Assembly: GCA_040285825.1 (NCBI GenBank)
Contig: JAUPSS010000008.1
Span: forward strand, 806,001-870,000
Origin: Eukaryota sp. TZLM1-RC
Lineage: Eukaryota > Protista > Metamonada: BaSk clade
Length of the DNA: 64,000 nucleotides
Reading direction: 5' to 3'
This document shows, piece by piece, positions 33,001 through 44,361 of this stretch. The notes below the pieces were generated by a model. It had not been told where the DNA came from. It did no database searches and worked only from the letters and a program-made list of their open reading frames with translations. Position 1 is the first letter of the stretch. The number at the start of each line of letters is the position of its first letter. The position numbers and the translations under genes are program-made.

Positions 33001-34956
33001 TGTCGAAAATTTTCCACTTGTTGAGACCAGCTTTTCAATTTTTGGTTCACTAGGAGTAAGTTGCCAAATATTAGATTCTTGACCGTCAACAACAACAGAC
33101 AGATTGACATCACGAAAAGAGCTCAATTCAGGTGTCAGACACCTCAACTCATCATCATCGACATAATCACAATCAATCACTTGCTGGTCTAATAAAACTT
33201 TGACAAGGCTGAGCTCGGTACCAAAATTTCTGCCTTTCATGACTACTAAATCACCTCCTCTTAAATACATCCCTTTTGGTGTAGAGACATTCAAAATTTC
33301 AGGAGAATCATATAAAAACTTAACACTGTCACTCCTTCCACCACTCCATTCAATCCACACTTCCTGTTCTCCAACACCTGGTGGAAGTTCAACTGTCAAT
33401 GCAGAACTGGAAAAAGAAGAAGGCGAAAGGGGTAGAGAACGATGCGAAAAGTGAATGGTGGGAGACAAACTTTGTAAAGAACTGAGGGCAATACCTCTAA
33501 TTGAAACAACAGACCCCCCAACTGTAGAGAAATTTCCCTCAATTTTGTAAATTGATGGAGCAAAGGATACCAAGTAATTTTCACTACGGACGCCAGAAAC
33601 AAAAACTGCCACGTAAGCACGTGATGTCAAATCCAAATAAGGCAAGTTGTGACAAGTGATTGAGTAATGATTGGTGTTGATAGAGACAGACTGGCAACGA
33701 TTAGACCCAAAGAAAATAGAGATCAAAGAGCTGTTCGTGCCAAAATTTTCACCTGTAAGGATAATTTCTGACGAATATTTCAGTGGTTCGTCAATAACTA
33801 ATTTAGGTTTGTCATAATCAAAATATAAAAAGTTGTTACTAGACAAACCCCCTATAACCACTAATAATTCACAACTCCCTTCCCCAGGAGGCAACTCAGT
33901 AGTAATCAGATGGCTCGATTCGACTGTAGAGGGGCAATAATGTCCACAAATGTAAACGTCAGCTTCTGCTTGATTTCCGTAGAATTCTGAACCTTCTATT
34001 TGAATTCTGACTCCTCCAGCTGTTGGAAATTCAGACGATATGACCTCCTCTAAAACAGGGGAGTTGAAGTGATGAGAGATGGTGTTTGAGAAAGTAAAAT
34101 TACCAACCTTCAAACCAACCTTGAATTGCCCAAAACCAGAAGGTAAATGTGCTGTTATGAGTGAGTCAGATTCAATGACACCCTCTACGTCTAATGTAGA
34201 CCCAAGGTTATCCAACTCAAACGTCACCAATGAAACCATCACGTCATCAAAACTTGTTTCGAACCCAAACCCTATGATTCCAATCCTTACTCCACCACTT
34301 GTTGGAAAGCCTTCGCCATCAACATCACGGACGTCAAACAAAGAAGGGAGAACGTCAACATGTAAGGATCCTTCCTGGCGCTGTGTGGCAACGGAAATTG
34401 AGAGTGATGGAGGAGAGGGAATTCCGTGAAGAATAGCAGTATTGGTTATTTCAAAGGAATCACATTTGATTGAACGGTGGTCAGTCAAAATGGTGATTTT
34501 TGAGCACTTGAATTGACCAATTGAGACCTGAATAAACTTTGATTCAGTGTAAAAATTTCGTCCATTAATCGCGAATGAGCTCGTCATGTCAATCACATCG
34601 GTTGACAAGGAAGAAATCACTGGCCGATCATAATCAATTGTGAACAACTGATCATTCATAACTCCATCAGCTGTAACATGCACAGCATGACCAGTGCCGA
34701 CACCAGAGGGAAGAATGCAAGAAATCCAAGTAGAATTATGCTGTCGAACAGATGGACAAGGGCGTTGAGAAATGAGAACAGAAATCGAAGAAGTCGAAGG
34801 AACATTAGAAACCTGGATGAAGATACGAGAGTTGCCACTTGTTGGCCTAGGTCCCTCTATCTTGTGAATAACAGGAAATAGACTATACGTATGAAGGGGA
34901 TCAACAGAAGTGACAACTACTACTGAGACCAGGACATACAACAACCAATGGAGCAT
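30070..34956 (-). CDS. IPT/TIG-repeat type-I membrane (cell-surface) protein
   Basis: Signal peptide MLHWLLYVLVSVVVVTS, many P.I..i....pT.GG..v.I.G.nF..C..P.G.G repeats, C-terminal TM helix FWFWVIIVVVSLSVVIGLV and a short basic tail. Confidence 0.9.
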   Translation of the reverse strand: MLHWLLYVLVSVVVVTSVDPLHTYSLFPVIHKIEGPRPTSGNSRIFIQVSNVPSTSSISVLISQRPCPSVRQHNSTWISCILPSGVGTGHAVHVTADGVMNDQLFTIDYDRPVISSLSTDVIDMTSSFAINGRNFYTESKFIQVSIGQFKCSKITILTDHRSIKCDSFEITNTAILHGIPSPPSLSISVATQRQEGSLHVDVLPSLFDVRDVDGEGFPTSGGVRIGIIGFGFETSFDDVMVSLVTFELDNLGSTLDVEGVIESDSLITAHLPSGFGQFKVGLKVGNFTFSNTISHHFNSPVLEEVISSEFPTAGGVRIQIEGSEFYGNQAEADVYICGHYCPSTVESSHLITTELPPGEGSCELLVVIGGLSSNNFLYFDYDKPKLVIDEPLKYSSEIILTGENFGTNSSLISIFFGSNRCQSVSINTNHYSITCHNLPYLDLTSRAYVAVFVSGVRSENYLVSFAPSIYKIEGNFSTVGGSVVSIRGIALSSLQSLSPTIHFSHRSLPLSPSSFSSSALTVELPPGVGEQEVWIEWSGGRSDSVKFLYDSPEILNVSTPKGMYLRGGDLVVMKGRNFGTELSLVKVLLDQQVIDCDYVDDDELRCLTPELSSFRDVNLSVVVDGQESNIWQLTPSEPKIEKLVSTSGKFSTSGGVEVLIVSTGFGPLNQSISLSVNDSIVNSFQLNVSTVSFNLPAGTGYCTVELFTEFFNYTMMLSYDPPVIIHPEMDVAVTNELVIQGANFGIDPSLISVRLGPFDCPMVEVLKNHNTIQCVGLLQSIKNDSIRFLDTSELVVTVDDLTSTKSVKISPFIIDLECNTRTKKPSTRTSSLCFLEVFQIDLSNSFTLTINSIPVRASPTQNSKISFESTPGCGSFKISLFYENENFYFYSNYQEANISRIHSQDGFPLNGGVSVVVFGRDLGKELGCNVSFQIDTFFSKDRSNQIDSIIVESTGNHEFILPVGFGFGNILPIVDGVIGLPFSFDYDIPLIKAIVSTEGFPTIGGVSVELNAKNLPNCEAFNCSKIPDPLILIDDHVIEVDYWEEDHALFTLKEGIGQVFIQIFFGDVFSNNFLLRYDPFELDSIPELLFFNNLVILRGNNLGNRESEIELTINDYAPEAFTVFNFSVITAQFASDVFFTGSSELSIKIANQSEFITIESVKNVDSRFLLTLPETISINGGSKGSISARIDIFSLGHVEVVVGQDTVDIDYDLSTNDNVVFEIPERQYSTKLPVVLLLNELPIFESEFLYTAPFIESLSERIFIGEPFTIRGVNLLSNDWYILVNSRSVGRWDCELLSDTRIECNLSDDIIDCESAQNDHVLQFFGDGVASDLIPFTLSPLFISSLAPSPSFSKETIVSVTGMFGSSKWTGQISAKIGKKSVEILESSSRTLKLVVPPFEGDSGLVLSYCGIDADPYNVNYDGPFIKSVESPSTRGGEIAVEGGNFDKSSILQISFGNQFFSAPDFAFVSNTLFTLKVDEGSGKGIGVQVLVNSFSSELFTFNYKPPKVAKLDVFVDEDSDLTKFLIKGDDFGPDISHVDLVRINDRECRNVKMPSPHAEISCEVSSAFESGELTLIIGGQETFFVFSPSRIGFWFWVIIVVVSLSVVIGLVKYVRSRSAKPREVVES

Positions 34957-35844
34957 CGTTGCAAGAAAATGATGCAAGACAAACGAGTACCTCCTTCACA
35001 GATATCTATATACAAAAAATGAGATATCATAATGGTTACAGTATTTGTTAATAAGAGCTTATGTGCACAAAGAATTGTTCAAGAGCGATGAAGACTGTGT
35101 TTATGGTGACGTAGAAATAATTCAAAGCAAAGGCATCTGAATGCAGAGCTTCAGACCACAGACATGTGGGTCCGAGCCACAGGTACAGTGGAGAGACCCT
35201 AACCCTGACCCCCAATTACCACAAAAATGGTTTAATGACTCCCATAATGCCACTGGGAATGCACAGGCATATCAGTCATTCTGGTGAACATCAAATCTTT
35301 ATTGTAATATTTGTGCTTAATTTGTAAAGGTTGGTTACTGGAAAGGTTTTAAACCAAAATACCATGAATACAAACACAAATACATGAAGAACAAGGATCA
35401 AATAAATACAGCATTTGTATTGAACAGTTGTGTTGTGCCATGCCTATTGAAAAGAGGAAAGCATTCCCCCCCATATGTTCTGCTGAAAAAAGACTTATTA
35501 AAGAGTTTATTGAAACCAAAACGGATACTACTACTTTCTAAGCACAAGCTACCATGATTACGAGATGGTTGTCAAAGGACGTAGTAATCCACAATGCTTG
35601 TGGCAAATTCTATAAGAAGCAAGGCAGCATGGGAAGAAGCTTGTGAAATGTATTTATTTATAGAATTTGGTTTGTTTTAACACCCGAGGTCTTTGAACCA
35701 CACTGAGTACACCAGAGAAAATTTAACATGGTTTCTTCTGCTATAGTGATGTTTAAAACAGTGAATGATGACAGTAATAAATAATCAAAAAGAGTTTAAA
35801 TAAATCAAATTATCAAAAAATAAACTAGATGCAAAAAACAAAAA

Positions 35845-36609
35845 CTATTTGAAATCAGGAAATCTACATTGCACATCATCAGGTCTAAAGGTGTAAAACA
35901 AGTACTCCTCCTCCCGTTGTCCTGTATTAAATTCTCCAAAGCAATAGTCAGGTGGAGGATTTACTTTACATGACCACCCATTATCTTCCACCAAATCAAT
36001 AAAGTTGGAAACACCATCCCGATCAGTGGACAGAACTTCATAAAAAGCAGAATGTGGATGAGCATAAAGTGTCAGAGTTTTCATTAAATCATTAATAAAC
36101 AAATTGGAATAGGTTAGCTCTGAGCCGATGATGATATCACACTTGGGAACTGTCGAATCTAAAGGGGTGGTCCAATCAAGTTTTTGAGCGAAACAGCGTT
36201 CTTTTATATTATGGTTACCCCTCACCTTTGGCGGTATGTCAACTGAATCAGAAGATAGAACATCTGAATTAAGTTGCACGTTATAGTTGATATTATCAAT
36301 AACACTGTCAATGTAATCGGTGATGTAAACTTTGTTAGCGAAGCGGGCACATGTCAAGCCACAAGAACCTACACCAGCTCCTAATTCTAAAACATCTTGA
36401 CCTGAAAAGATGTCTGAGTTGTGGTATATCCATCTAGAGAAGAGAATAGCAGCATCCCACAAGGCACAACCAAACCCTCCATCTACAATTGAAAGTTCTC
36501 TTATGTAGATTTCGTCATCAAAAAGTCTGTCTTTCTTATTATAGTTTCCAAAACCAATAGTTTTCCGACGGTATTTACCCTTTCCAAAAGCGTGTTGCCA
36601 ATCGATCAT
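35845..36609 (-). CDS. Methyltransf_16-family protein lysine methyltransferase (METTL21/22-like)
   Basis: G..LWDAA..FSRWI, VLELGAGVG, TDY, LDW, DIIIGSELTY. Confidence 0.88.
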   Translation of the reverse strand: MIDWQHAFGKGKYRRKTIGFGNYNKKDRLFDDEIYIRELSIVDGGFGCALWDAAILFSRWIYHNSDIFSGQDVLELGAGVGSCGLTCARFANKVYITDYIDSVIDNINYNVQLNSDVLSSDSVDIPPKVRGNHNIKERCFAQKLDWTTPLDSTVPKCDIIIGSELTYSNLFINDLMKTLTLYAHPHSAFYEVLSTDRDGVSNFIDLVEDNGWSCKVNPPPDYCFGEFNTGQREEEYLFYTFRPDDVQCRFPDFK

Positions 36610-36713
36610 GAGATGAGATACTGTGACTGTTAAGTTGAAGGTTTTAAGTTGAGAAACTTTTAACTATTGAAAATGAATGGATTCCGTTAAACTATTTTTT
36701 CACCCATATTGAG

Positions 36714-38435
36714 ATGTATGACTGGAAGAACATTACCTCTGTGCCCTCTGGGTCTGAATTCATTGATGCAGTTCTACGTAAGACTATCAGAGGAACTCCT
36801 ACAGTGATACACAAGAGTTACCCCATTGCACGTATCAGACAGTTTTATATGCGCAAGGTCCGCTTTACTGCACAGAACTTTTTTGATAGAATCTCCCTTA
36901 TTCTGGAACAGTTTCCAAAAATAGAAGAAGTCCATCCATTCTATGCCGATCTTCTAAATATCCTTTATGACAAGGATCACTACAAAATCGCTCTCGGACA
37001 GCTCAACACTTGTCGCCACATTATTGACAACCTCGCAAAGGACTATGTTCGCTTCCTCAAGTATGGAGACTCTCTTTACCGATGCAAACAACTTAAGATC
37101 GCTGCTCTCGGTCGCATGTGTACTACCCTCAAGAAACGCTCTGATTCACTTGCCTTCCTTGAACGTATCCGGCAGCACATGTCTCGTCTACCCTCAATTG
37201 ACCCCAACACTCGTACTCTCATCCTCTGTGGATACCCAAATGTTGGTAAGTCAAGCTTTATGAACAAAGTCACCAACGCAAATGTAGAGGTCCAACCCTT
37301 TGCTTTTACCACAAAGTCTTTGTTTACTGGTCACTTTGATTACCAGTACCTCCGCTTCCAAGTCATTGATACCCCTGGAATTCTAGATCATCCCCTTGAA
37401 GACAGGAACACTATTGAGATGCAGGCTATTACCGCTTTGGCTCATCTTCGGGCAGCAATTCTTTACTTGGTTGACGTCTCTGAACAATGTGGAAGGTCCA
37501 TTAGCGAGCAGGTTGCTCTTTTCCATTCAATTAAACCTCTATTTACAAATAAGCCAGTCATTGTTGTTTTAAATAAGATTGACATTATCAAACCTGAAAA
37601 TCTTAGTGATGAACAACGTTCTGATTTAGAATCTCTGTCCCTTCCTGGAGTGGATGTCATCCACACTTCAACTGTAACTGATGATGGTATTCTTACTGTG
37701 AAGGAAACTTCTTGTAACCGACTTATTGATATGAGAGCTGATATAAAGGTTGCTTCTAAGAAATTCGACAGATTTGCAAACAGAATCCACGTGGCAGTTC
37801 CTGAACCAAGGGATGACGTTGTGAGAGCCCCCTGTATACCCGAAAGAGTGACGAAGGGTCTTCCCAAGGCTGTAAAGGAAACCCAAAAGGAGATTCAAAT
37901 CAAATCTGGTGGGACCGGTCTCTATGCTATGGATCATAGAGAACATTACGACTTGGAACAAGATGACTGGAAGTATGATGCAGTTCCAGAAATTCTAAGT
38001 GGAAAGAACATTGCTGATTACTTTGATCAAGATATTGCTGAGAAACTTGCTCAGCTGGAAGCAGAGGAAGACGAACGACTTAAAAACTTTGATGATTCAG
38101 AACTTGTTAGATTTGAGGAGGATCCTGTTAATGAGGGTAGTATTTATCCAAAAGAAACAGATCTTTCCAAGAAAAGAAAGAGAAGAGTTGATAATGAATT
38201 TGATAGTAAAAAGATGAGAGAGGAAGAGCAGAGTGAGGAGGAAAGTGAAGTAGATGAACAAGAAGTGTTAAAGATTGAAACAGAAAAGCAAAAGATTAAG
38301 AAAATTAAAAAGAAGACTCAAGCTAAAATGTTCCAAAAAGGTAAGTTCGGAGAGGCAGATAGACATGTTTATGATCTCAAGCCTAAGCATTTGTATTCTG
38401 GTAGAAGGGGAATCGGATCTAACGATAGAAGGTAG
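36714..38435 (+). CDS. NOG1: Nucleolar GTP-binding protein 1
   Basis: TPTVIH, RIRQFYMRKV, GYPNVGKSS, PFAFTTKS, DTPG, NKID, C-terminal KPKHLYSG.RG.G.NDRR. Confidence 0.97.
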   Translation: MYDWKNITSVPSGSEFIDAVLRKTIRGTPTVIHKSYPIARIRQFYMRKVRFTAQNFFDRISLILEQFPKIEEVHPFYADLLNILYDKDHYKIALGQLNTCRHIIDNLAKDYVRFLKYGDSLYRCKQLKIAALGRMCTTLKKRSDSLAFLERIRQHMSRLPSIDPNTRTLILCGYPNVGKSSFMNKVTNANVEVQPFAFTTKSLFTGHFDYQYLRFQVIDTPGILDHPLEDRNTIEMQAITALAHLRAAILYLVDVSEQCGRSISEQVALFHSIKPLFTNKPVIVVLNKIDIIKPENLSDEQRSDLESLSLPGVDVIHTSTVTDDGILTVKETSCNRLIDMRADIKVASKKFDRFANRIHVAVPEPRDDVVRAPCIPERVTKGLPKAVKETQKEIQIKSGGTGLYAMDHREHYDLEQDDWKYDAVPEILSGKNIADYFDQDIAEKLAQLEAEEDERLKNFDDSELVRFEEDPVNEGSIYPKETDLSKKRKRRVDNEFDSKKMREEEQSEEESEVDEQEVLKIETEKQKIKKIKKKTQAKMFQKGKFGEADRHVYDLKPKHLYSGRRGIGSNDRR

Positions 38436-38592
38436 GTTTAGTTTTATTAGTATTTTTTTTAGTTTTTTAATTCATTAAATAGATATTAATCGTTGAAAAT
38501 TTAATCTTTTTATTGTAAGGAAATGACTAAAACACTATTAAAATACTATTTTCAAATTATTAATCTATTATTTTACAAAACTAATATACAAA

Positions 38593-40005
38593 TCATCTAT
38601 TTAACACTAAAAAATGAGCTGAATGTGGCCTCTTTAAGTTTTTAACTGTCTTCGCTCTTGGTTTGACTCGTCTTGACTGCTTCCTGCTAGCTGATTCCTC
38701 TCTTCCAGTGCTTCGTAACCCACTTCTTGTGGACATATTAGACCTGGAAGTCAATCTACTAGTGTTTATCTCCGTGTTGAAGCCTTGTTCGGAGATGGAA
38801 GAACAGACGCTTTGGGAAAGATTTAAACGTGGAATTTCCAAAAACTCGTTCTCCTGTCCTATTCCCTGAAAATCCACGTCAGTTCGCATTCCTTCAAGTC
38901 TTTTTCTTGCTTTTTGACTTCGAAACTGTACACTTGACAGCAACCCGGGAGATAAAGGTCCTGGTTTAGTCCTGGAGAGTTCTTCATGACCAAAAGCAGG
39001 CTCTAACAGAGTTTTTACACCTTTTGAATTACCTTCTTCCCTTGTGGTTGGTAGCACATTCACATAGAGACCAGACTGACACCTAGCAACATTATTTCGA
39101 ACTGTTCTGGTCGCAATTTCATGAATCCTGGAATGTCCTTTACCCTGACGTTCCCTTCTTGAGGTCCTACACTGTCTTGGTGAGGGTTCCATTCTGGGGG
39201 AGGAACAAGTAGACCTTGGCGTACATGGAGCACTAAGACAGAATTGGGAGTGGGATGGGGGTATTGGAGAGGGGGAAGGCTCATAGTTGTGCTTTACATA
39301 TGATTCATGGACAATTGCCGAAACCAAAGAGCTTGGTCGTACACTAGACAAAGTGGAGTTCAAAAGGGGTTTGGCAGGAATAGAGAGGCCGAGACGAGAC
39401 GAACAAGGACGGTGGTGGTCAACAGAATCATAAACTGATGGAGAGACTGAAGGGTTGGATTTGAAAGAGGAACGAAAGGCGATAAGAGAGTACTTGGGAT
39501 CTGGGAAAGGGTAGGCAAATGAGGAGAGAATGTCATAAATGGGGAACGTGGGTGGATAGATGTAGATGCTGGTGGGGGACAAAGAGTGACCATATGTGGT
39601 TTCGATAAGTGATTTAATGAAGAGTTGCACATCGTAAGAGTTGGAAGAGGAGAGAGAAGATGAGGCAAGGGGATGGTCCAGAGAAAGCTGGCGAAGACCA
39701 TCTTCAAAAGTTGATTTAATAAAGCGAGGAATTGATAGACAACACCAGCCATTAATGAACAGAGATTGGTTATCTAGAAAAAGTAATTCTTGCAGTTGTT
39801 CGTTAAAAGGAGCAGTTGAGCATAGAAGAAGGGCACCAGCTGTACGAATACTCTTGTCAGAATCATGGATTAAGGAAACTAGTTCCCTTTCGGTTATAGT
39901 TTGATGAATAATAGAGGGTAGTATGTGTAACAATTCGTCATGACTCAACGTTTTAAGATGACTAATGACGCTTTGTAATGACTTGAACAAAGTCTTCTTA
40001 TACAT
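38593..40005 (-). CDS. Hypothetical Ser/Pro/Arg-rich protein
   Basis: 470-aa ORF from ATG 40005; no recognised domain. Confidence 0.7.
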   Translation of the reverse strand: MYKKTLFKSLQSVISHLKTLSHDELLHILPSIIHQTITERELVSLIHDSDKSIRTAGALLLCSTAPFNEQLQELLFLDNQSLFINGWCCLSIPRFIKSTFEDGLRQLSLDHPLASSSLSSSNSYDVQLFIKSLIETTYGHSLSPTSIYIYPPTFPIYDILSSFAYPFPDPKYSLIAFRSSFKSNPSVSPSVYDSVDHHRPCSSRLGLSIPAKPLLNSTLSSVRPSSLVSAIVHESYVKHNYEPSPSPIPPSHSQFCLSAPCTPRSTCSSPRMEPSPRQCRTSRRERQGKGHSRIHEIATRTVRNNVARCQSGLYVNVLPTTREEGNSKGVKTLLEPAFGHEELSRTKPGPLSPGLLSSVQFRSQKARKRLEGMRTDVDFQGIGQENEFLEIPRLNLSQSVCSSISEQGFNTEINTSRLTSRSNMSTRSGLRSTGREESASRKQSRRVKPRAKTVKNLKRPHSAHFLVLNR

Positions 40006-40764
40006 CAACTCTCATAGTAACACCAATCAAAGTTGAGTTAAACAAAATTAAGTGGGGTTCCTAGTCTGTTTTTCTCATCAAGTGGATATTGAATAATTAT
40101 CACCAACACTAATGTAAACTTCAAGTAATTTCAGGCGATTTCCTCACACTAACTTTATTACGTGGAATAATTTCTCAATTATCGCTAATTGAGTCTCCAT
40201 TTATTAACCAAGTCGACATTTCCCCTATTCAGCATGTTTACCGTTTTGAAAGTTTACTAAAAGTATTTTATTTTTTTATATGGTTTCAGTCAGAATCCCT
40301 TTGGCCTTATTCTTTCAATTTATGTTGCTCCGATCGTCGATCTTTCTGTCAACTCCCTCTACTTATGGGGTTTAGCAAAATTCAACTAGATTTCCACTTC
40401 GTAATGCACGAAAGTGTAGTGATTCAGCTAGTGCATTTACTCAAGCTAAATCAATTAAATCATAGTTTTTTTGGAAAGCATTTTGAATTCACAAACTTCA
40501 ACTACACTACAAAACTAGTTTATTTTGTGAAAAAATGGGAATATTCTCAAAGTAATAGTGATTGCAATAGTTAATATACAACTCTGTCCTACATTACACA
40601 TTCCTATTTATTATTCAAATAATCATGATGATGGACAACATCATTTACGATGATCAGAATAAAGGGATTTAGGGTGAGTGAAACAATTGTGATAAGAAGG
40701 GAATCAACTGCAGGTGTAATGTTAAAAAGGGTCAAAGATGAGAAAAAAACACACAAATAGTACA

Positions 40765-40995
40765 GGGGGATCCCTAAGGCTCAGAAAAGGAGGTAAGTGA
40801 GGGAAATAAGAATGGAGGAGAAAAGGACAATCCATAAAAACCACACAAGAGACCAAAATAAGACAGAGTATTGAGAACAAAACGGGGGATCCCTAAGGCT
40901 CAGAAAAGGAGGTAAGTGAGGGAAATAAGAATAGAGGAGAAAAGGACAATCCATAAAAACCACACAAGAGACCAAAACAAGATAGAATATTGAGA
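40765..40995. repeat. 119-bp tandem duplication (about 2 copies)
   Basis: GGGGGATCCCTAAGGCTCAGAAAAGG... starts at 40765 and 40884 with few differences. Confidence 0.92.
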
Positions 40996-42529
40996 GAAAA
41001 ACACTTGTTGCGCAAGGAGGTATATTCAAGGTTCTGTTGTGACATAACGAGAACCTAGTTTATGAAGTGAGGGAAAAGTTCCAAAACCAAGTTGAAGGTT
41101 AAAAACCTGCCAGAACAGGCAGGAAAAACCACAAGTGAAGAAAAACCATAAGTGGAAAATGGGGTGACAAGTGTAAAATTTGATAGATGAGCTGTTTATT
41201 CTCACTACATGTCAGACACCCCCCCCCCCCCTGTCACGTGTATTCACTAGGTCATTTGCACTTAACTCACTACTAACGCCTGCTGCAGTGAAACAAATTC
41301 GGTTTATCATTCCTTTGGTCAACGAGATTTGTCATGAAGCTTCTTTATTGCTTCAGTCTCTTCTTTTGAATTTTCCGTTGCATCTAGAGCTTTGGTGGAA
41401 GAAGATGTGTGGTATTTTTTATGACCGTAACCACCACTGGTTCTTTTCCAAACCCATGCACCTCCAAAGGACAAACCAAATTACTAGATATCTAATACGG
41501 TGGGTTTCTACCTAAAAGCCTACAAGACAGGTGTCATGTTTCCACATGGGAAAATTCTCTAGTTCCCTGTAGAAGTTCATTCAATATTTTCGTCAATAAT
41601 TGGCCGCAGTCAAAGAGATGCAATTTTACTCTTGAGAAAGGATTTTCTCCTTATCTTGCTTCTCGGGCTCGTCAATTGAAATCTATTGTCAAGACGAGTT
41701 TACCCAAGATTTGTAAATCCTGGACACAAAAAATTCACTCGTGCACATTGTAGAGCTCTTGCCAAATATCTTCTCTCTCTTATACCAGATGAACCCTTAG
41801 CAGCTCTGTAAGCTGGCGAACCATAAGGAGGTGAGCAACCCGAAGAAGTAGTTATTTATTCTATTCTCAAGCTCTACATCAATTTCCATCTTAATAAATC
41901 AAGAGAAAGGTTCTTTTAATTAAATGTATGTAATTTTATCTTGAATCTTTTTCGAAGATTTTCTGCCACTGTTTTTTCACTATCGTGCAATGATAACAAC
42001 ACCTTTTCATCAAAAGAAATTGGTGAGCTTTTTCGCTTTGATACAAAAATCTCGCAATATTTACATTTTTTTCTCATTTACATTGTTGTAAGAAATTTAG
42101 AATAATACCATTACCTTTTCTCACAAAGGTCTTAAATTTCTTGCGGTACCTTCACAAATTTGTCAAAGCAAGAAGAATTTCCCACATACAGCACGAACAA
42201 ATTCCAAAACAAAATTCATCAAAAATCAATGTTGCAAACAACTTTTCAAACAATTCCCTTCTCAAAAATTCAATATAAACAAGAATAGTTTGAAAAAAAA
42301 TTTAAAATTTTTCTTGAAAACTAACGTTAATGAACTGCTTTTGACATTTGAAGGTGAAAATAATGATTCAAAAAACACAGATGAGCTGGAGGAACCACCG
42401 AAAAAGAAAAGAAAATCAAAAAAGAAATAAAGAATGACCCTGATTGCCAACAAAACCAAAGAACTAGTGTTCACGGGTACTAAAAATGCCCCCTCGAATA
42501 ATAATACTCGATATTTTACCTGAAAGGCC

Positions 42530-43075
42530 CCTTATTGGCGTTGATCTGGGCCAATCTAGATAATGTGGTTACTTCTTAAATGATTACCATTGTGGAGTTA
42601 TCCCCTGTCCAACTGACAGAATATATATGACAAAACCTTCCCCCAGTAAACACTTTCCCAACCAGAAAAAAAATTGCTAACTGCAGACGAAAAGAGAGAC
42701 TGTTCCGAGAGGGCCTCAACAAATTTCAAAGGCTGGCTGCACATCCAGAAAGACTGTACCTTGCTGAAGGCTCTGCTAATTTCCCTTCTCATTGCCGAAA
42801 AATCAATCGATATGGATCAGATAAGGCTTTCAAAAAATGGTTGTGTTATCAGAAGGACGTCAAGCACTTGTCAACCAATGAGTAATACAAGCAAACTGTC
42901 CAGTTGTTGCGAGGCCGAGAATATTCAAGCAGGCTCATGGCAGACGCGTATTTGTATTGAGTGTCAAATAGTATATGAAAGAGATATTGCCGCTGCAAAA
43001 AATACTCCAATTAAGAAGAAAGCGGAATTGTGGCCGGAAACATACATTCTACCAGAAGCTCTGTTGAGGAGATGA
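42530..43075 (+). pseudogene. Degenerate TnpB/Fanzor remnant (distinct family)
   Basis: IGVDLG (RuvC-I-like, about 42534), (E)NTSKLSSCC, W..RIC.EC..VYERDIAAAKN (Zn finger and RuvC-III). Confidence 0.7.
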
Positions 43076-43261
43076 ATGAGGAAGCTGAATGAACAGAAAC
43101 TAAAACTTTTGAAAAAAAAATTTATTTTATTTTGATTTTTTTTATTGTTTTTAAATAGATCTGGTTCTGTTGATTACAATTGTCTCAAATTGATGTTATC
43201 CATCTAACATTTAGTCACCTAAAACATCTAAAACATTCGACACTACTTTATCCATTGAAAT

Positions 43262-44009
43262 CTATTGGGCCCTATTTAGTGCAGCAGGGAAAAGAAGGGA
43301 CTGTTCTTCAGACACATGGTCAAAAATATTGCGTTCCATTGTTTTTAACTTTTCCAATAGAATTTTGAATGATACACATGCACCTTCTGGAGGCTCATAG
43401 TCATGCATAGTTTTACGTAACACATCAAGTAACTCACCAACCTCATAGTGATCCGTTTGGATCGATTCAACATCAGCCTTTGTATAGTCCCCAAATTCTA
43501 ATTGAGGGAACACTGGATTTAATACAAATGAAACATTACATACCAGTTCGCTCTTCAAGCTCTAAGTGTTGAATCAATTCCTCATGTAGCTTGTTAAACA
43601 TGTCTGCTGCAGAATTTAAGTAAGAATGCTTATTGCCGTGCACATTCTTTACTTTCTGAAAAAGGTAGGAGATTCTGGGCAAATTAGCATATAGGTAGGA
43701 GTGGTGATACTGGAGTAAGAAAACAGATTCTAACCATACCTGGTAGATGTGATCCACTAGTTCAGGCAGTGCTAAATTACTGACATCAGGATGTTCAGGA
43801 TGCTGTTCGAGTGTGGAGCATTGTGTCTTTAGCTCTTTACGTAAATCAGCCAATAGATGCGTAAGTAATGCTCCACTCTTTTCACATGCTTGTTTCAGAG
43901 TATCTTCTCCCCCACAACAGAAATCGATGCCATAATTGTGGAAGACGGTGGATGTTCTTGAAGACTTACGTAGAACGTCACTAATTTTATAACTTTCAGT
44001 GATATCCAT
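43262..44009 (-). CDS. Repair-of-iron-centres di-iron protein (RIC/YtfE/ScdA family); 3 exons
   Basis: GIDFCCGG (ScdA N-domain); hemerythrin ligands HH, H.E.EE..FP, H, H..EE..LFP; introns 43710-43739 (30 nt, in frame) and 43513-43543 (31 nt). Confidence 0.9.
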
Positions 44010-44178
44010 TAATGATGTTAAAGATATAAAAGAGTATGGCCATTACTGACAGATATCAACATGATATCCCATTAATTGATACCTTTCTTGGACCTGATCT
44101 GAAAAATTACTGACCGTTTGTTCTCATAACAAAACATCTTTCACATCATCACTACAAGGTTCTAAGATATCATAATCT

Positions 44179-44305
44179 TTACTCGTCTCTACCACACCAG
44201 TCCTTCGACAGTGTCAACGAAGTGAATGAATCATGATCGAGCATGTTTCTTTTCTTACTGTCAATGTGACTTGTAATGGAGAAATTTCGCTCACAAAATA
44301 CAGTT
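44179..44305 (-). pseudogene. hAT transposase C-terminal dimerization-domain remnant
   Basis: VFCERNFSITSHIDSKKRNMLDHDSFTSLTLSKDW = ER.FS....R..L.....W motif. Confidence 0.65.
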
Positions 44306-44361
44306 TTCTTGTTCATGTGAGTAAAAGATCACAGAATTTATACTCTATACTTCTATTTGGC

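Noticed and set aside
30070-40008. Many short antisense or overlapping ORFs within the IPT, NOG1 and 38593-40005 genes
   Set aside because: Shadow ORFs of real coding sequence with no motifs.
40120-40185. Possible degenerate copy of the 23662-23745 Fanzor right end upstream of the 40005 gene
   Set aside because: Only an 11-nt exact match (AATTATTCCAC) plus scattered words in AT-rich DNA; needs a profile search.
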